Below are positions 41,712-51,827 of a stretch of 64,000 bases of DNA, piece by piece. Source of the DNA: Deltaproteobacteria bacterium TL4. GTDB lineage: Bacteria; SAR324; NAC60-12. A program made the translations under genes and the position numbers. The notes under the pieces were generated by a model that made no database searches, was not told the origin of the DNA, and saw nothing but the letters and a program-made list of their open reading frames with translations. Where the stretch lies: positions 1 through 64,000 of the forward strand of contig JBBCAX010000114.1 of the NCBI GenBank assembly GCA_051382335.1. Reading direction: 5' to 3'. Each line of letters begins with the position of its first letter. Position 1 is the stretch's first letter.

Positions 41712-42872
41712 TTATTCCCCTGCCTTTGGAAAGCTCAACAGCATTTCACGGTAATACTCGTACTGCTTTTGACGCAGTTCGATTTCACGGGGCAAGCCTT
41801 CGGTGATGGAGTTGGTAAGGGCATCGAATTTGTCGAGAATGGAAGCTGTACGCTCTTGTATGGCAGGGGATGGAACAGGAATGACCAAGCTCTCAAGTTT
41901 ACCAACCGCCAACCCTGGTTGAGCTGATTTTGAAGCATACTGATTTAGATTCATATGTGTTAGCTTATGAAAGAACCAGTCTATATTCATGCCAGGTTTT
42001 GCCGTGACTACAACAGCATGTTCCGTAGCATAAAATTGCCCATTCATTCGTTGTATATTGCCACATAGAGCACCTTGGCGACCAATAAACAAATGGTTTC
42101 CATCATGACTTTTAGTTTTAACAAAGCCACGAATTCCATTACCTCCAAAACATGGAAATTGATAATCATCCACAGGAGTGGGCATAATATTGTTAGCAGA
42201 GATATGTTGACCTGCACGCATTTGAATCACCTCCCCCAACGCCTTCCATTCCACTTGCCCCTCTTCAAAGGTCAGGAGTTGGTCGCTGTAGTAGGTGTAT
42301 TGCTTTTTACGGGCTGTAAGCTCGGCTGTAAGCTCGGCTGTAAGCTCGGTGAAGGTGTCCAGAATGCGGACGATTTCGGATTGGATTTCGAGGGGGGGGA
42401 TGGGGATATTGACGACTTTTAATACATTTGCATTGAATTGTGGTTGTCCACCACCAGATACCAATCTTTCCGCCTGATTCCAAAACAAGGTACTTTGTGC
42501 GAAGTGCCAATAATATTTGGGGTTGATGATTTTCTTATCAAAACTAAGTTTTATCAAAAAGCCTGCGTAAATAGCTGGATAATCTTCTTCAAAAATCATT
42601 GTTTTACCATAGGTTGCCCCTGTACGAGCCATTAGCAAATCATTTTTTTTCAGAAGATATCTTTCGTTTTCTTCTGAAATATCAATGAATTTTGCATTTG
42701 TCGGTATCAGTTTACCATTCATGTTTATGTCTGTAATCCTGACAAATCTGGCATCACCCGAATCCTGAGCTTTTGCAGCGTAGCCATATGTAAACTCTCC
42801 CACCTCCCCCAAAGCCTTCCATTCCACCGCCACCCCCTCAAGCAGTCTCTCCATTACATTTTGATTTTTCAT
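41712..42872 (-). CDS. hsdS: Type I R-M specificity subunit (type IC-like, TAEL repeats)
   Basis: VEWKALGEV x2, IPIPPLEIQ, FTELTAELTAELTARKKQY and GLPREIELRQKQYEYYR motifs. Confidence 0.95.
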   Translation of the reverse strand: MKNQNVMERLLEGVAVEWKALGEVGEFTYGYAAKAQDSGDARFVRITDINMNGKLIPTNAKFIDISEENERYLLKKNDLLMARTGATYGKTMIFEEDYPAIYAGFLIKLSFDKKIINPKYYWHFAQSTLFWNQAERLVSGGGQPQFNANVLKVVNIPIPPLEIQSEIVRILDTFTELTAELTAELTARKKQYTYYSDQLLTFEEGQVEWKALGEVIQMRAGQHISANNIMPTPVDDYQFPCFGGNGIRGFVKTKSHDGNHLFIGRQGALCGNIQRMNGQFYATEHAVVVTAKPGMNIDWFFHKLTHMNLNQYASKSAQPGLAVGKLESLVIPVPSPAIQERTASILDKFDALTNSITEGLPREIELRQKQYEYYREMLLSFPKAGE

Positions 42873-43980
42873 GCTTCAATCCCCTCTGCTTTTAATTCTT
42901 TTTCAATAAAGCTCTTTAAATCCTGTTCGGAAGGAAGATTCAGTTTGTATTTGCTTACAAAAAGGCGGTCTTTTTCGTTGGCGGTGGCGTACTCAACCAA
43001 GGCCGTGTTTTTATCGGTTACCAGTAAAATACCTATAGGCGGATTATCATTTTCTTCCATCATGTTTTGTTTATAGTAATTGAGATAGGTTACCAGTTGG
43101 GAAACATGGGAATGGGAAAAACTATCCACTTTTAGTTCAATTACCACATGACACTTTAAGATGCGGTGATAAAATATCAGGTCTGCAAAAAAATACTCAT
43201 CACCAATCAACATTCGTTTTTGTCTCGCCTCAAAACAAAAACCATTTCCAAGCTCAATCATAAACTGTTGCAAATGATTGATAACGCAATCTCAAGCTCA
43301 GATTCTTCAACTTGTTCAGGGGTGTTTAGACCTAAAAATTCAAAGAAATAATGTGACTTAATAATGTTTTGCGGTAGCGACGGGGTAATTTTTTGAGTAA
43401 GTTGTGAAAAGGCTTTTTCTTTATCTGCCGACATCCCTAATCGTTCATAACTCAGTGTTGCAATCTCTCTTTTTAACGCTTTGACTGTTGGCTGTGTTTT
43501 CAAAATGAGAAGTTCATAGTATTTGCGTTTGACTGGATTCTCAATTTTAACCAATTCTATAAAATGAGAATAAGACAAAGAGGCCATGAGATTATTCTCT
43601 CCGCTAAGCAATTTTTGGGATGCCGTCCCAAGAATCTGATCGGTTGTTACAGAGAGGCTTTTTTTATCACTCACACTGCAAATCAAATCTTGGGTTACTG
43701 ACCCAAGAATCTTTGGATATACAGTATAGAACTGGCGGCATCGTGACAGCTCCGGGGTGGTCAGTCCTTTAATTGCGATGTTCCGGGCGATATTAGAAAG
43801 TAACGCTGTGCCGTATTTGGCTCTATCATCGCCATTCTGTTCAAATTCAACGATATAAAAACCAATGAGCCAGTTTCGTAGGGTTAAACCGACATTGACC
43901 GATTTTACCACCTGCTCCTGAAAGGAAAGATGGGTTTGCTGAATGGTTTCAATTAAGCTGTTAAAACTCAAATTACTCAT
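42869..43980 (-). pseudogene. DUF1016/YhcG PD-(D/E)XK nuclease-family gene split by a 1-nt frameshift near 43284
   Basis: RNWLIGFYIVEFEQ in the N-terminal part; FMIELGNGF, ADLIFYH, IELK and PIGILL in the other frame. Confidence 0.85.
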
Positions 43981-44000
43981 GCTTCGCCCTCGCCTTTTTT

Positions 44001-44077
44001 AACCACGGAATACACAGAAAACACAGAGGGTTTCCAATTACAGTTCTTTTTCCGTGTCTTCGGTGTGTTCTGTGGTT
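44001..44077. repeat. Third 77-bp hairpin unit
   Basis: Near-identical arms to 41527-41603, with a different loop. Confidence 0.88.
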
Positions 44078-44095
44078 CCATTGTTTTTAGAGTGT

Positions 44096-45151
44096 TCATG
44101 CGTCACAGCCTTCCATTCCCTGTAATTCCCGTTCAATAGCCTCAATACTCGGCAGTTGCGTTTGCAGATTCACCGGCAGAGATTCAAGCAGTTTAAATTC
44201 AGCAATACCCATGGGTTGGCTTTTATCAGCCAAAGCATATTCAGCAACCACTTTGTCCTTACTTTTGCACAAGAGTAATCCAAGGGTGGCAGTGTCCTGT
44301 TCGGCTTTTATTTGTCGATCCACGGCTGTCATATAAAATCCCAGTTGCCCCAGGTGTTCCGGCTTGAATTTGTCGGCTTTGAGTTCAATCACCACATAGC
44401 AGCGCAACTTCAGGTGATAAAACAGCAGGTCTATAAAAAATTCTTCCTCACCAACTTGAAGCAATACTTGCCGACCTACAAAGGCAAAGCCTGCACCCAG
44501 CTCTAACAAAAACTGCGTCACATGCTGAACCAACGCACCTTCAATTTCCCGCTCTTGCGCTTCTTCGGTCAGCCCCAGAAAGTCGAATCGATAGGGGTCT
44601 TTGAGAGATTCGCGCGCAAGATCGGAGTCTGGCTTGGGCAAGCGTTGTTCAAAATTAGTGACGGCATTGCCCTGTCGCTCTAATAATCGGGTTTCGATTT
44701 GCATCACCAACACATTGCGTGACCAGTTATGGGTGATCGCCTTTTGCGCGTACCAGCGGCGATCTTCCTCCGTTTTGAGCTTATCCAGTAAGGCGATCTG
44801 GTGATACCAGGGCAATTGTGCAAGCACCCCTTGCACAAATTCCAAATCAGGCCAGGCTTCGGCAAAGGTACGCATGTATTTCAGGTTGCGCGGTGAAAAT
44901 CCTTTCATGTTTGGGAATGTAGTGCGCAGATCATGGGCCAGCCGCTCAATCACTTTAGCCCCCCAGCCTTGCTCATTTTGTCGCGTTAAGATGTCTTGCC
45001 CGATTTGCCAATAGAGCAACACCAGTTCTTGATTCACCCGCAAGCTCGCCCGTTGTTGAGCCGTGTGAATGCGTGCTTTAAGGTCTGTAAGCCAACTATT
45101 GTAGCCCTCAGGGGTATTTGTTAAAGCGATGGACTGTTCTGTTTTATTCAT
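44096..45151 (-). CDS. DUF1016/YhcG family PD-(D/E)XK nuclease
   Basis: [41 protein letters not shown] motifs. Confidence 0.93.
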   Translation of the reverse strand: MNKTEQSIALTNTPEGYNSWLTDLKARIHTAQQRASLRVNQELVLLYWQIGQDILTRQNEQGWGAKVIERLAHDLRTTFPNMKGFSPRNLKYMRTFAEAWPDLEFVQGVLAQLPWYHQIALLDKLKTEEDRRWYAQKAITHNWSRNVLVMQIETRLLERQGNAVTNFEQRLPKPDSDLARESLKDPYRFDFLGLTEEAQEREIEGALVQHVTQFLLELGAGFAFVGRQVLLQVGEEEFFIDLLFYHLKLRCYVVIELKADKFKPEHLGQLGFYMTAVDRQIKAEQDTATLGLLLCKSKDKVVAEYALADKSQPMGIAEFKLLESLPVNLQTQLPSIEAIERELQGMEGCDA

Positions 45152-46689
45152 GCTTCAATCTCCGCCACAATTGCATTAATCTCCGTTCGGAGCCGGTCAA
45201 TCTTTGCCACGGTGGTTTTAATCTCTTCATTCAGTTTGGTAATATTGATCACCTCGCGGGTGTCTTCGGCAACCACATAGGAGCTTACGGAGAGGTTGTA
45301 GTCGTTGGCTTCAATGGCTTCAAAGTCAACGGATTTCGCCAAATACGCGACATCGGCTTTACGGTCAAAGGCTTCCATGATCTGAGCGATATGGTCAGCG
45401 GTGAGGGTGTTGTTATTGGTCTCTTTTTTAAAGAGGGCACTGGCATCAATAAACTGGGTTTTGTTGTCGGTCTTGTGTTTGGAGAGCACCAGGACATTAA
45501 CGGCAATGGTGGTTCCAAAAAAGAGATTGGGAGCCAGGGAGATAACGGTTTCAACGAAGTTATTAACGATCAGATATTTACGGATTTTCTGTTCCGCGCC
45601 GCCACGATAAAAGAGGCCGGGGAAGCAGACAATGGCGGCACGGCCTTTACTTGAAAGGTAGCTGAGGGCATGGAGCGCAAAGGCAAAATCGGCTTTGGAT
45701 TTGGGAGCCAGTACACCGGCAGGGGCAAAGCGTTCATCGTTGATCAGCGTGGGGTCATCGCTTCCAATCCAGTTCACCGAATAGGGTGGATTTGAAACAA
45801 TGGCATCAAAGGGTTTGTCATCGCCAAAATGGGGATCTAAGAGCGTATTGCCTAGGACTATATTGAACTTGTCGTAGTTGATGTTATGGAGAAACATATT
45901 CATACGGGCAAGGTTGTAGGTGGTGTGGTTGATCTCCTGCCCGAAAAAGCCCTCTTCGATGATATGAGCGTCAAAGTGTTTTTTAGCTTGAAGGAGCAGA
46001 GAGCCGGAACCTGCCGCGGGGTCATAAATTTTATTGACCGATGTTTGTTTGTGCATCGCCAGCTGGGCAATGAGCTTGGAAACATGCTGCGGGGTGAAAA
46101 ATTCACCGCCCGATTTACCGGCATTGGCGGCATAGTTGGAGATGAGAAATTCGTAGGCATCACCGAAGAGATCAATGTGGTTATCTTGAAACTCCCCAAA
46201 GTTCAGCCCCGCAACGCCCTTGAGTACGGCGGCAAGTCGGCTGTTTTTGTCTTTGACGGTGTTACCCAGGCGGTTGCTGGTGGTGTCAAAATCGGCAAAG
46301 AGACCTTTGATGTCCATTTCGGAGGGGTAGCCGTTGGCGGAGCTGTCGATCGCGGAGAAGATGGCGGCCAAATCGGTATTGAGGCTTTCATTGGTATTGG
46401 CACCGGCTGCGATGTTGGCAAAGAGCTGGCTCGGGTAGATGAAATAGCCTTTGGTTTTTGTGGCATCGTCTTTGATTTCAGGGGTAATCACCGCATCGGA
46501 GAGCGTTGCGTAGTTGATACTTTCATCACCCCCTTCAATGTAGCTTGCGAAGTTTTCGCTGATAAAACGATAGAAGAGCGTACCCAATACATACTGTTTG
46601 AAATCCCAGCCATCGATGGAGCCACGAACCTCGTTAGCGATTTTCCAGATTTGGGCTTGTAGTTCGGCTCTTTGTTGAATACTCGACAT
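45148..46689 (-). CDS. hsdM: Type I R-M methyltransferase subunit (EcoR124I-like)
   Basis: [18 protein letters not shown] and NPPY motifs. Confidence 0.97.
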   Translation of the reverse strand: MSSIQQRAELQAQIWKIANEVRGSIDGWDFKQYVLGTLFYRFISENFASYIEGGDESINYATLSDAVITPEIKDDATKTKGYFIYPSQLFANIAAGANTNESLNTDLAAIFSAIDSSANGYPSEMDIKGLFADFDTTSNRLGNTVKDKNSRLAAVLKGVAGLNFGEFQDNHIDLFGDAYEFLISNYAANAGKSGGEFFTPQHVSKLIAQLAMHKQTSVNKIYDPAAGSGSLLLQAKKHFDAHIIEEGFFGQEINHTTYNLARMNMFLHNINYDKFNIVLGNTLLDPHFGDDKPFDAIVSNPPYSVNWIGSDDPTLINDERFAPAGVLAPKSKADFAFALHALSYLSSKGRAAIVCFPGLFYRGGAEQKIRKYLIVNNFVETVISLAPNLFFGTTIAVNVLVLSKHKTDNKTQFIDASALFKKETNNNTLTADHIAQIMEAFDRKADVAYLAKSVDFEAIEANDYNLSVSSYVVAEDTREVINITKLNEEIKTTVAKIDRLRTEINAIVAEIEA

Positions 46690-46807
46690 TTCTGTTACTC
46701 CTGTACATTTCAGTTTAATCGACTTTTTATTTTACAACAAAATCCGGTATTATTGAATGCTACGTGATTCATATTCCGTGACCTAGGTGCGCATGCTGAA
46801 TTTGTAT

Positions 46808-46887
46808 GCATAACGTTGAGTTCAGCCTTGCTTTGGAGCAGAACGAGGTACGAGTAGCGCGGAAAAGCATAGGCCGAAGCGCCTTGT
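46808..46887 (-). other. attC site (R' GTTATGC) interrupted at R'' by a group II intron
   Basis: Minus strand ACAAGGCGCTTCGGCCTATGCTTT...AAAGCAAGGCTGAACTCAACGTTATGC; TTGT precedes the intron on the + strand. Confidence 0.8.
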
Positions 46888-47474
46888 GTACGTCCAGCAT
46901 GGGCGTGATCTGATGGGGTGAAAGTCCCCTATAGGAAAGCCACTGGCTTTCAATGCTATGGAACCGATTATGCGGCACTGGCGGGAAACCAGCCAGCAAA
47001 CAGCGAACAAACCGTGTTCTTAAGGCAATGAGTACCATGAACTATTAGCGAAAGGCAAGGGCGAAACCGTGAGGGCTCGTCTGAAGGCTTGTCCTGAGCG
47101 CAGTCGAAGGGAAGCCCGGAGCAAAATGACGAGCCGACGGACAGAAATCGCGTAGAAGGCTCACTTCCCTGGGATGCGTTAGCACAACATAATGAAATCC
47201 TGTGCTTGGGGGATAGGGTAAACGCGGCGGCAGTGTCATGAAAGATCACGTTCTTATCTGGGGAGATCTGTCCAGCGCGCGGTCTGGTTCTTCAAAGAAG
47301 ACTGGAAGACGGAAACGGAGCACTCCCCTTGTTTTGGAAAATCACTCAGCATCTCATGGAGTAATTCATGAGATGACTGGACAGAAGTCAGCCGAAGCCA
47401 TAGGTGCCAAAGGCCTGCCGTAAGGGGCAGGACAGGGTGAAGGGCTGAACGTAGAAAGGAATGCTATGACCTTG
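46888..47474 (+). mobile_element. Group IIC-attC intron, domains I-III and start of the IEP ORF; remainder lost
   Basis: GTACGTCCAGCATGGGCG start, TTCTTATCTGGGGAGATCTG, CAGAAGTCAGCCGAAGCCATAG and GAAGGGCTGAAC, then AGAAAGGA-N5-ATG at 47466. Confidence 0.88.
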
Positions 47475-47591
47475 ATTTGAGTCTAACCCAGACTGTGGAG
47501 TGCCAAAGCTTGCTTTGGCCAAATCCAAAGAAAGGCCTTCGTCTTTATGGCCAAAGCAAGCTTTGGCACTCCTGAAACAGCGTTGTTTAAA
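47475..47591. repeat. Partial MITE family A (hairpin core) truncating the intron
   Basis: Matches 17902-18018. Confidence 0.8.
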
Positions 47592-47714
47592 ATGGCATGG
47601 GGCAATTTGTATAAACCGCTGGTTATGAAGTCTAACATAACCAGCATTTTTGTAAACTAAGGTGGGACATTTTTCGACGGCCACTGTGGTACACTTTTAT
47701 CTTGCCATAATCAG

Positions 47715-49088
47715 CTAACTACTGGCTATCGTTAATTCATCAATCAGAATATCTATATCCGCCTCTCTGGTTTTATAACTGGTAATACACGCTCGTAATG
47801 CCGATCGCTCGCCATTCAAACTTACTTTTGAGAGCCAGCATTTTTTGCGTTGCATCACTTTATTCAGAATTTCTTCTGTGGAGTATTTGGAGCTTGGATG
47901 TGAAAAACAGACAATGGGTAAGGGCGAACTGTTTTCCACAGTCCAGCCTGTGGCTTTCAAGCTTTGTAATAAATATTTTCCCATGGAAAACTGATGCTCT
48001 ATCATTTGAGCCAACCCGTCTTTTCCCAATTCGGCAAGAACCATAAACACTTTTAGACCAATAAACCGTCTGGACCATGGGAGTCCCATTTTATAAAGGT
48101 CAAGCTGTCCTTCAACTTCATCAGGAATATACGAGGCGCTGACGTTGAAGGTTTTTTTTACGGATTCTTTATGCTTACATAAAAAATAGCCAGCCCCCAA
48201 GGGGATAGGAAGGGACTTGTGGGGATCCCAAGTGATGGAATCGGCGTCTCCAAGGCCTTTAAGGTATTTTTTGGTTTTATTGGAGAAAACAAAGCCACCG
48301 CCCCATGCGGCATCCACATGAAGCCATAGATTTTCTGACTGACAAAACCGGGACAGTTCCGGCAATGGATCAATAGCGCCTCCGGCCGTGGTTCCTGCTG
48401 TAGCAATGACTAAAAAAGGTTTAGCCTTGAGGTCCCGATCTTGTGCCACTTGTTTTGTGAGGAGATCCAGATTCAGGCGTTGCTTTGAATCCGTTGGAAT
48501 TCGAGAAATCGCCCCTCTGCCTAAACCCAGTTGATGTGCTATTTTCACGATAGAATCGTGTGCTTCTGTGGAAACATAGATTTTGGGACGCCCTGTAAAA
48601 CCAACCAGCCCGTCCTGGGCATAATGTGGGAAAAACTGAGTCAGAGCACACAATACGGCGGTCGTTGTTGATTCCGACCCGCCTGAGGTGAAACTTGAAA
48701 AGATGTCTTTGGGCTTGAAGCCAAACTTTTTTGAGATAAAGGTCAGAGCATGTTTTTCAATTTCATTAGCCGCTGGCGAAAACCACCAAGCTCCGACTTG
48801 CGGGTTATACGCAGCGACCAAGGCGTCCGCAATGACCCCAATGTTTCTTAAACTGGGCTGGTACAAACCAAAATGACGCGGATGATTTGTTTGTGTAGAC
48901 CAAGTGGACAACATCGTGCTGACGTTTTCGGTTATTTCAGCAACAGAATGCGGCTGAGCAAAGGAAAAATGTTTGGAAAGAAATTCATCCATTTGTGGCA
49001 GGTCAATCTCAGGAACAGCATCAGCTTTGCTGATTTGCGCATAAAGTTCATCCACTGCATTCGCAAGATGGAGTAATTCGTTTTTCAT
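47715..49088 (-). CDS. Group II PLP-dependent amino acid decarboxylase
   Basis: FTSGGSE, AGTT, WLHVDAAWGG and WDPHK motifs. Confidence 0.92.
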   Translation of the reverse strand: MKNELLHLANAVDELYAQISKADAVPEIDLPQMDEFLSKHFSFAQPHSVAEITENVSTMLSTWSTQTNHPRHFGLYQPSLRNIGVIADALVAAYNPQVGAWWFSPAANEIEKHALTFISKKFGFKPKDIFSSFTSGGSESTTTAVLCALTQFFPHYAQDGLVGFTGRPKIYVSTEAHDSIVKIAHQLGLGRGAISRIPTDSKQRLNLDLLTKQVAQDRDLKAKPFLVIATAGTTAGGAIDPLPELSRFCQSENLWLHVDAAWGGGFVFSNKTKKYLKGLGDADSITWDPHKSLPIPLGAGYFLCKHKESVKKTFNVSASYIPDEVEGQLDLYKMGLPWSRRFIGLKVFMVLAELGKDGLAQMIEHQFSMGKYLLQSLKATGWTVENSSPLPIVCFSHPSSKYSTEEILNKVMQRKKCWLSKVSLNGERSALRACITSYKTREADIDILIDELTIASS

Positions 49089-49097
49089 TGAGTGTGC

Positions 49098-49931
49098 TCA
49101 CCAAATGAGTTCTGAAGAACTTTGAGGAATCCAGGTATTACGTCCGTCAAGAAGTTCAATTTGATACCATTCCTTACGTTGTTCCAATAAACGAAATTCC
49201 GTTCCGGCATGTAGCGGATCCTTAAAGCTTTGTTGATAATTTTCTCCATCCCCTTTACGGGCAATCACCTCTTGAGTGGTGATGACCCCGTCGTGGTAAT
49301 GAGCTTCCCAATAGGATTCTGTGAGCATGGACCCCAAAAAGAGCAGGGCCAGGCTTGCCAGCAAAACACCAGCCCATCGGGGGAACTTGTTTTTAAACAA
49401 CAAGCGAAAGATCGCCCCTGCCCAAAATCCGGTAACACAAGTAAAAAAGAGCAAAAACCGAGTCCAGAATGAAAAATCATAATGCCAAAATAACAACGTC
49501 TTGAGGACTTGCTGCTGGGGTGGAACCTCAATTTTATCTTGTCGGCGACTACGGGCATAGTTGAGATTTTGCAGTAAGTTGGGTTCGTTGGGCAAATAAC
49601 GTAACGCTTTGCGATAGTATAAGATCGCTTGTCCCAAGTTGTGCATGTGAAAATGGGTATTTCCGATATTATAAAAAATTTTCCCATTTTGAATATGGCC
49701 TTCCCGAACAATTTTTTCAAACCGGATCAAGGCTTTTTGATATAAATCCTGAGCACCTTCCGGGTTTTGAGGGGCCATTTCGTTGGCCTGACGGAAATAG
49801 GTCTTGGCCTGACTGTAGAGATCCTGAGTTTCTTCCTCACCCAGACTCTTTCCCCAGGCCTTGGGAACACTCAAATTCAGGCAAATAAAAAAGAAACTCA
49901 AAAGAGAGATAAGTCGAATAAAAACTGTCAT
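49098..49931 (-). CDS. batE: BatE-like TPR/SH3 protein
   Basis: YNIGN, AILYYRKA and LHAGTE motifs; last gene of the bat cluster. Confidence 0.8.
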   Translation of the reverse strand: MTVFIRLISLLSFFFICLNLSVPKAWGKSLGEEETQDLYSQAKTYFRQANEMAPQNPEGAQDLYQKALIRFEKIVREGHIQNGKIFYNIGNTHFHMHNLGQAILYYRKALRYLPNEPNLLQNLNYARSRRQDKIEVPPQQQVLKTLLFWHYDFSFWTRFLLFFTCVTGFWAGAIFRLLFKNKFPRWAGVLLASLALLFLGSMLTESYWEAHYHDGVITTQEVIARKGDGENYQQSFKDPLHAGTEFRLLEQRKEWYQIELLDGRNTWIPQSSSELIW

Positions 49932-51820
49932 TTCAAAATCCGATTCAGAGTTTTTGCCAAGGCTTGTGCTTCTTTTAGAAATGAGGCAGGGTCTTCGACA
50001 CCGATACTTCCACCGGCATAACGTTTTGCTTCACACTCATCAAATAATCGTTTCACCCGCTCTAAGGTCTCGTCATCCACGCCTCTGTGCAAGAGTTTGT
50101 CGCGGACATCAGGATAAGTTAAGGCCGCAGACGCAAGGTTGAGTTTGGTTCCCAGGTATTGCCGGACAGCCCCCAGAATGACCGCATAGCCTTCCTTGGC
50201 ATTTTTTTGCGTCAAGGACGTCGCCTCTTTGATCGCTTTGAACAAAGTTCCATAAGCTCTCCGAATTTGACGATTTTCAGTCTCAGAGTCCCGGTGACGT
50301 ATAAAAAGCAAAAGCCCCAATAACGTAAAATACAGTCCTGGCGGTATCATCAACAAAATCAGCCACAAGGGTTCCGTCCAAAGGGCTCCGCCTTTGGGCT
50401 GATTCTTAAGTACAGACAGATCTTCATAGTTATAAGCGATTCCAGCCGTCCATGTTTGAAGTTCCACTTTTGTTGATTCCGCGGCGGCCACCCCTTCCGC
50501 ATCTTTGGCGGTGATGATGCGTGCTGAATTGACTTGTAGGGGAATAGCCTGAGTTTTTGCGATAGCGTATTGCCCTGTGTCCGTATCAAAATAAGGAAGT
50601 TCAAGGGAAGGGATTTCGCTAACTTCAGGAGCATTGGCTCGCAAGGTTTGTGTAAACGTGATAACCCCTCCGGCAAGCGTCCCTGCCGCCATGTCTTTAG
50701 GAATTTTAAAACGACGACTCAATTCAGGGTGCGTGTGGAGGGGGGGCAATTTAACATTCCCTAAATAATTCGGACCGGTTATTTGCAGTGTCAGGGTAAT
50801 CGGGTCTCCTACGCGGACCTCTGTTGGCGCGGCACTGGCGACAATACGGTAGCTCCCTACCAAGCCGGTAAAATGGGGGGGCTGTCCCTGGGAGGGTAAC
50901 GGCAGAACATTCAGGTTGAGTCTATTTGAGGGAACCACAAACTTTTTCTGTACGGATTGTTGCCGATTTCCAAAGAAAAAATCATCCCCGAAAAAGTTAT
51001 CCATCGCGCTGCCACTTCTCCTGGATTTTTGATACCCCATGACGGCAGTAAAGGCCACGGTCGCCTCCGGTAGGGAAAGGTTTCCCGGCTGGTTCGGAAT
51101 GAGCGAAATCTGGAATTGAACCGTTGAATACTGACGATTTGCCAAGGTGCCCTGCCCTTGCTTCGCAATGATCTCCAGATTGGGCGCGGGGATTTTCAGA
51201 TATCGCTGTTGCTGCTGAGGATCAATAACCGGATTGGCTTCAATTACCTGAAAGCGGGAGTCTGAAAGAATCGGAAGACTGAACTGATAATCCTCCACAT
51301 TTTTGCCGATATACCACGTAAAGGTGAGATCAATAGGCTGACCGACATAGGCTTGAGTTGAGGAAAGCTGCATCCTCAATTTAAAATCATCCGTTTCCGC
51401 GGGTTGACTGGCTCTGATTGGAACCCCTTGAGTCGAAACATTTCCTGCTCCGGCATGAACCGTGATCGCAGGAATTTTAAGGCTGCCCACGCGCTTAGGC
51501 GTCAATTGATATGAAAAAATGTAGCCCCGCTTTTCGTTTCTTGAAATTTGCCCATTGATGATTGTGACCGAAGAACTGCTGTTTTGACGTCCGCCTTGAT
51601 ATTCAACTATAAAATCCTGGATCCCGGAGACATCGGGTGTGTCTGGAGCATCATGACCTTCAACCTGAACTTGAAAAACAAAAGGCTCGCCCATAAACAC
51701 TTCCGTTTTTTCCACTGCGGCGTGAGCGGAAAAAGACTGCGCGTAAGCCATCCCCTGAAACAGTATCCAGAAAAGCATGATCCCGAATGGCCTAAAATAC
51801 CTAAGATTCCTCAATTGCAT
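49928..51820 (-). CDS. batD: BatD-like protein
   Basis: NSSSSVTIING, AYVGQPI and FTGLVG motifs; C-terminal TM. Confidence 0.85.
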   Translation of the reverse strand: MQLRNLRYFRPFGIMLFWILFQGMAYAQSFSAHAAVEKTEVFMGEPFVFQVQVEGHDAPDTPDVSGIQDFIVEYQGGRQNSSSSVTIINGQISRNEKRGYIFSYQLTPKRVGSLKIPAITVHAGAGNVSTQGVPIRASQPAETDDFKLRMQLSSTQAYVGQPIDLTFTWYIGKNVEDYQFSLPILSDSRFQVIEANPVIDPQQQQRYLKIPAPNLEIIAKQGQGTLANRQYSTVQFQISLIPNQPGNLSLPEATVAFTAVMGYQKSRRSGSAMDNFFGDDFFFGNRQQSVQKKFVVPSNRLNLNVLPLPSQGQPPHFTGLVGSYRIVASAAPTEVRVGDPITLTLQITGPNYLGNVKLPPLHTHPELSRRFKIPKDMAAGTLAGGVITFTQTLRANAPEVSEIPSLELPYFDTDTGQYAIAKTQAIPLQVNSARIITAKDAEGVAAAESTKVELQTWTAGIAYNYEDLSVLKNQPKGGALWTEPLWLILLMIPPGLYFTLLGLLLFIRHRDSETENRQIRRAYGTLFKAIKEATSLTQKNAKEGYAVILGAVRQYLGTKLNLASAALTYPDVRDKLLHRGVDDETLERVKRLFDECEAKRYAGGSIGVEDPASFLKEAQALAKTLNRILK

Positions 51821-51827
51821 AAGCCTC

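Noticed and set aside
45118..46662. Long + strand ORFs opposite hsdM
   Set aside because: Antisense shadows with no motifs.
47710..47719. GTTAGCTGAT (minus strand) matching the start of the Tlde1 cassette
   Set aside because: It overlaps the decarboxylase stop codon with no attC hairpin; probably chance.
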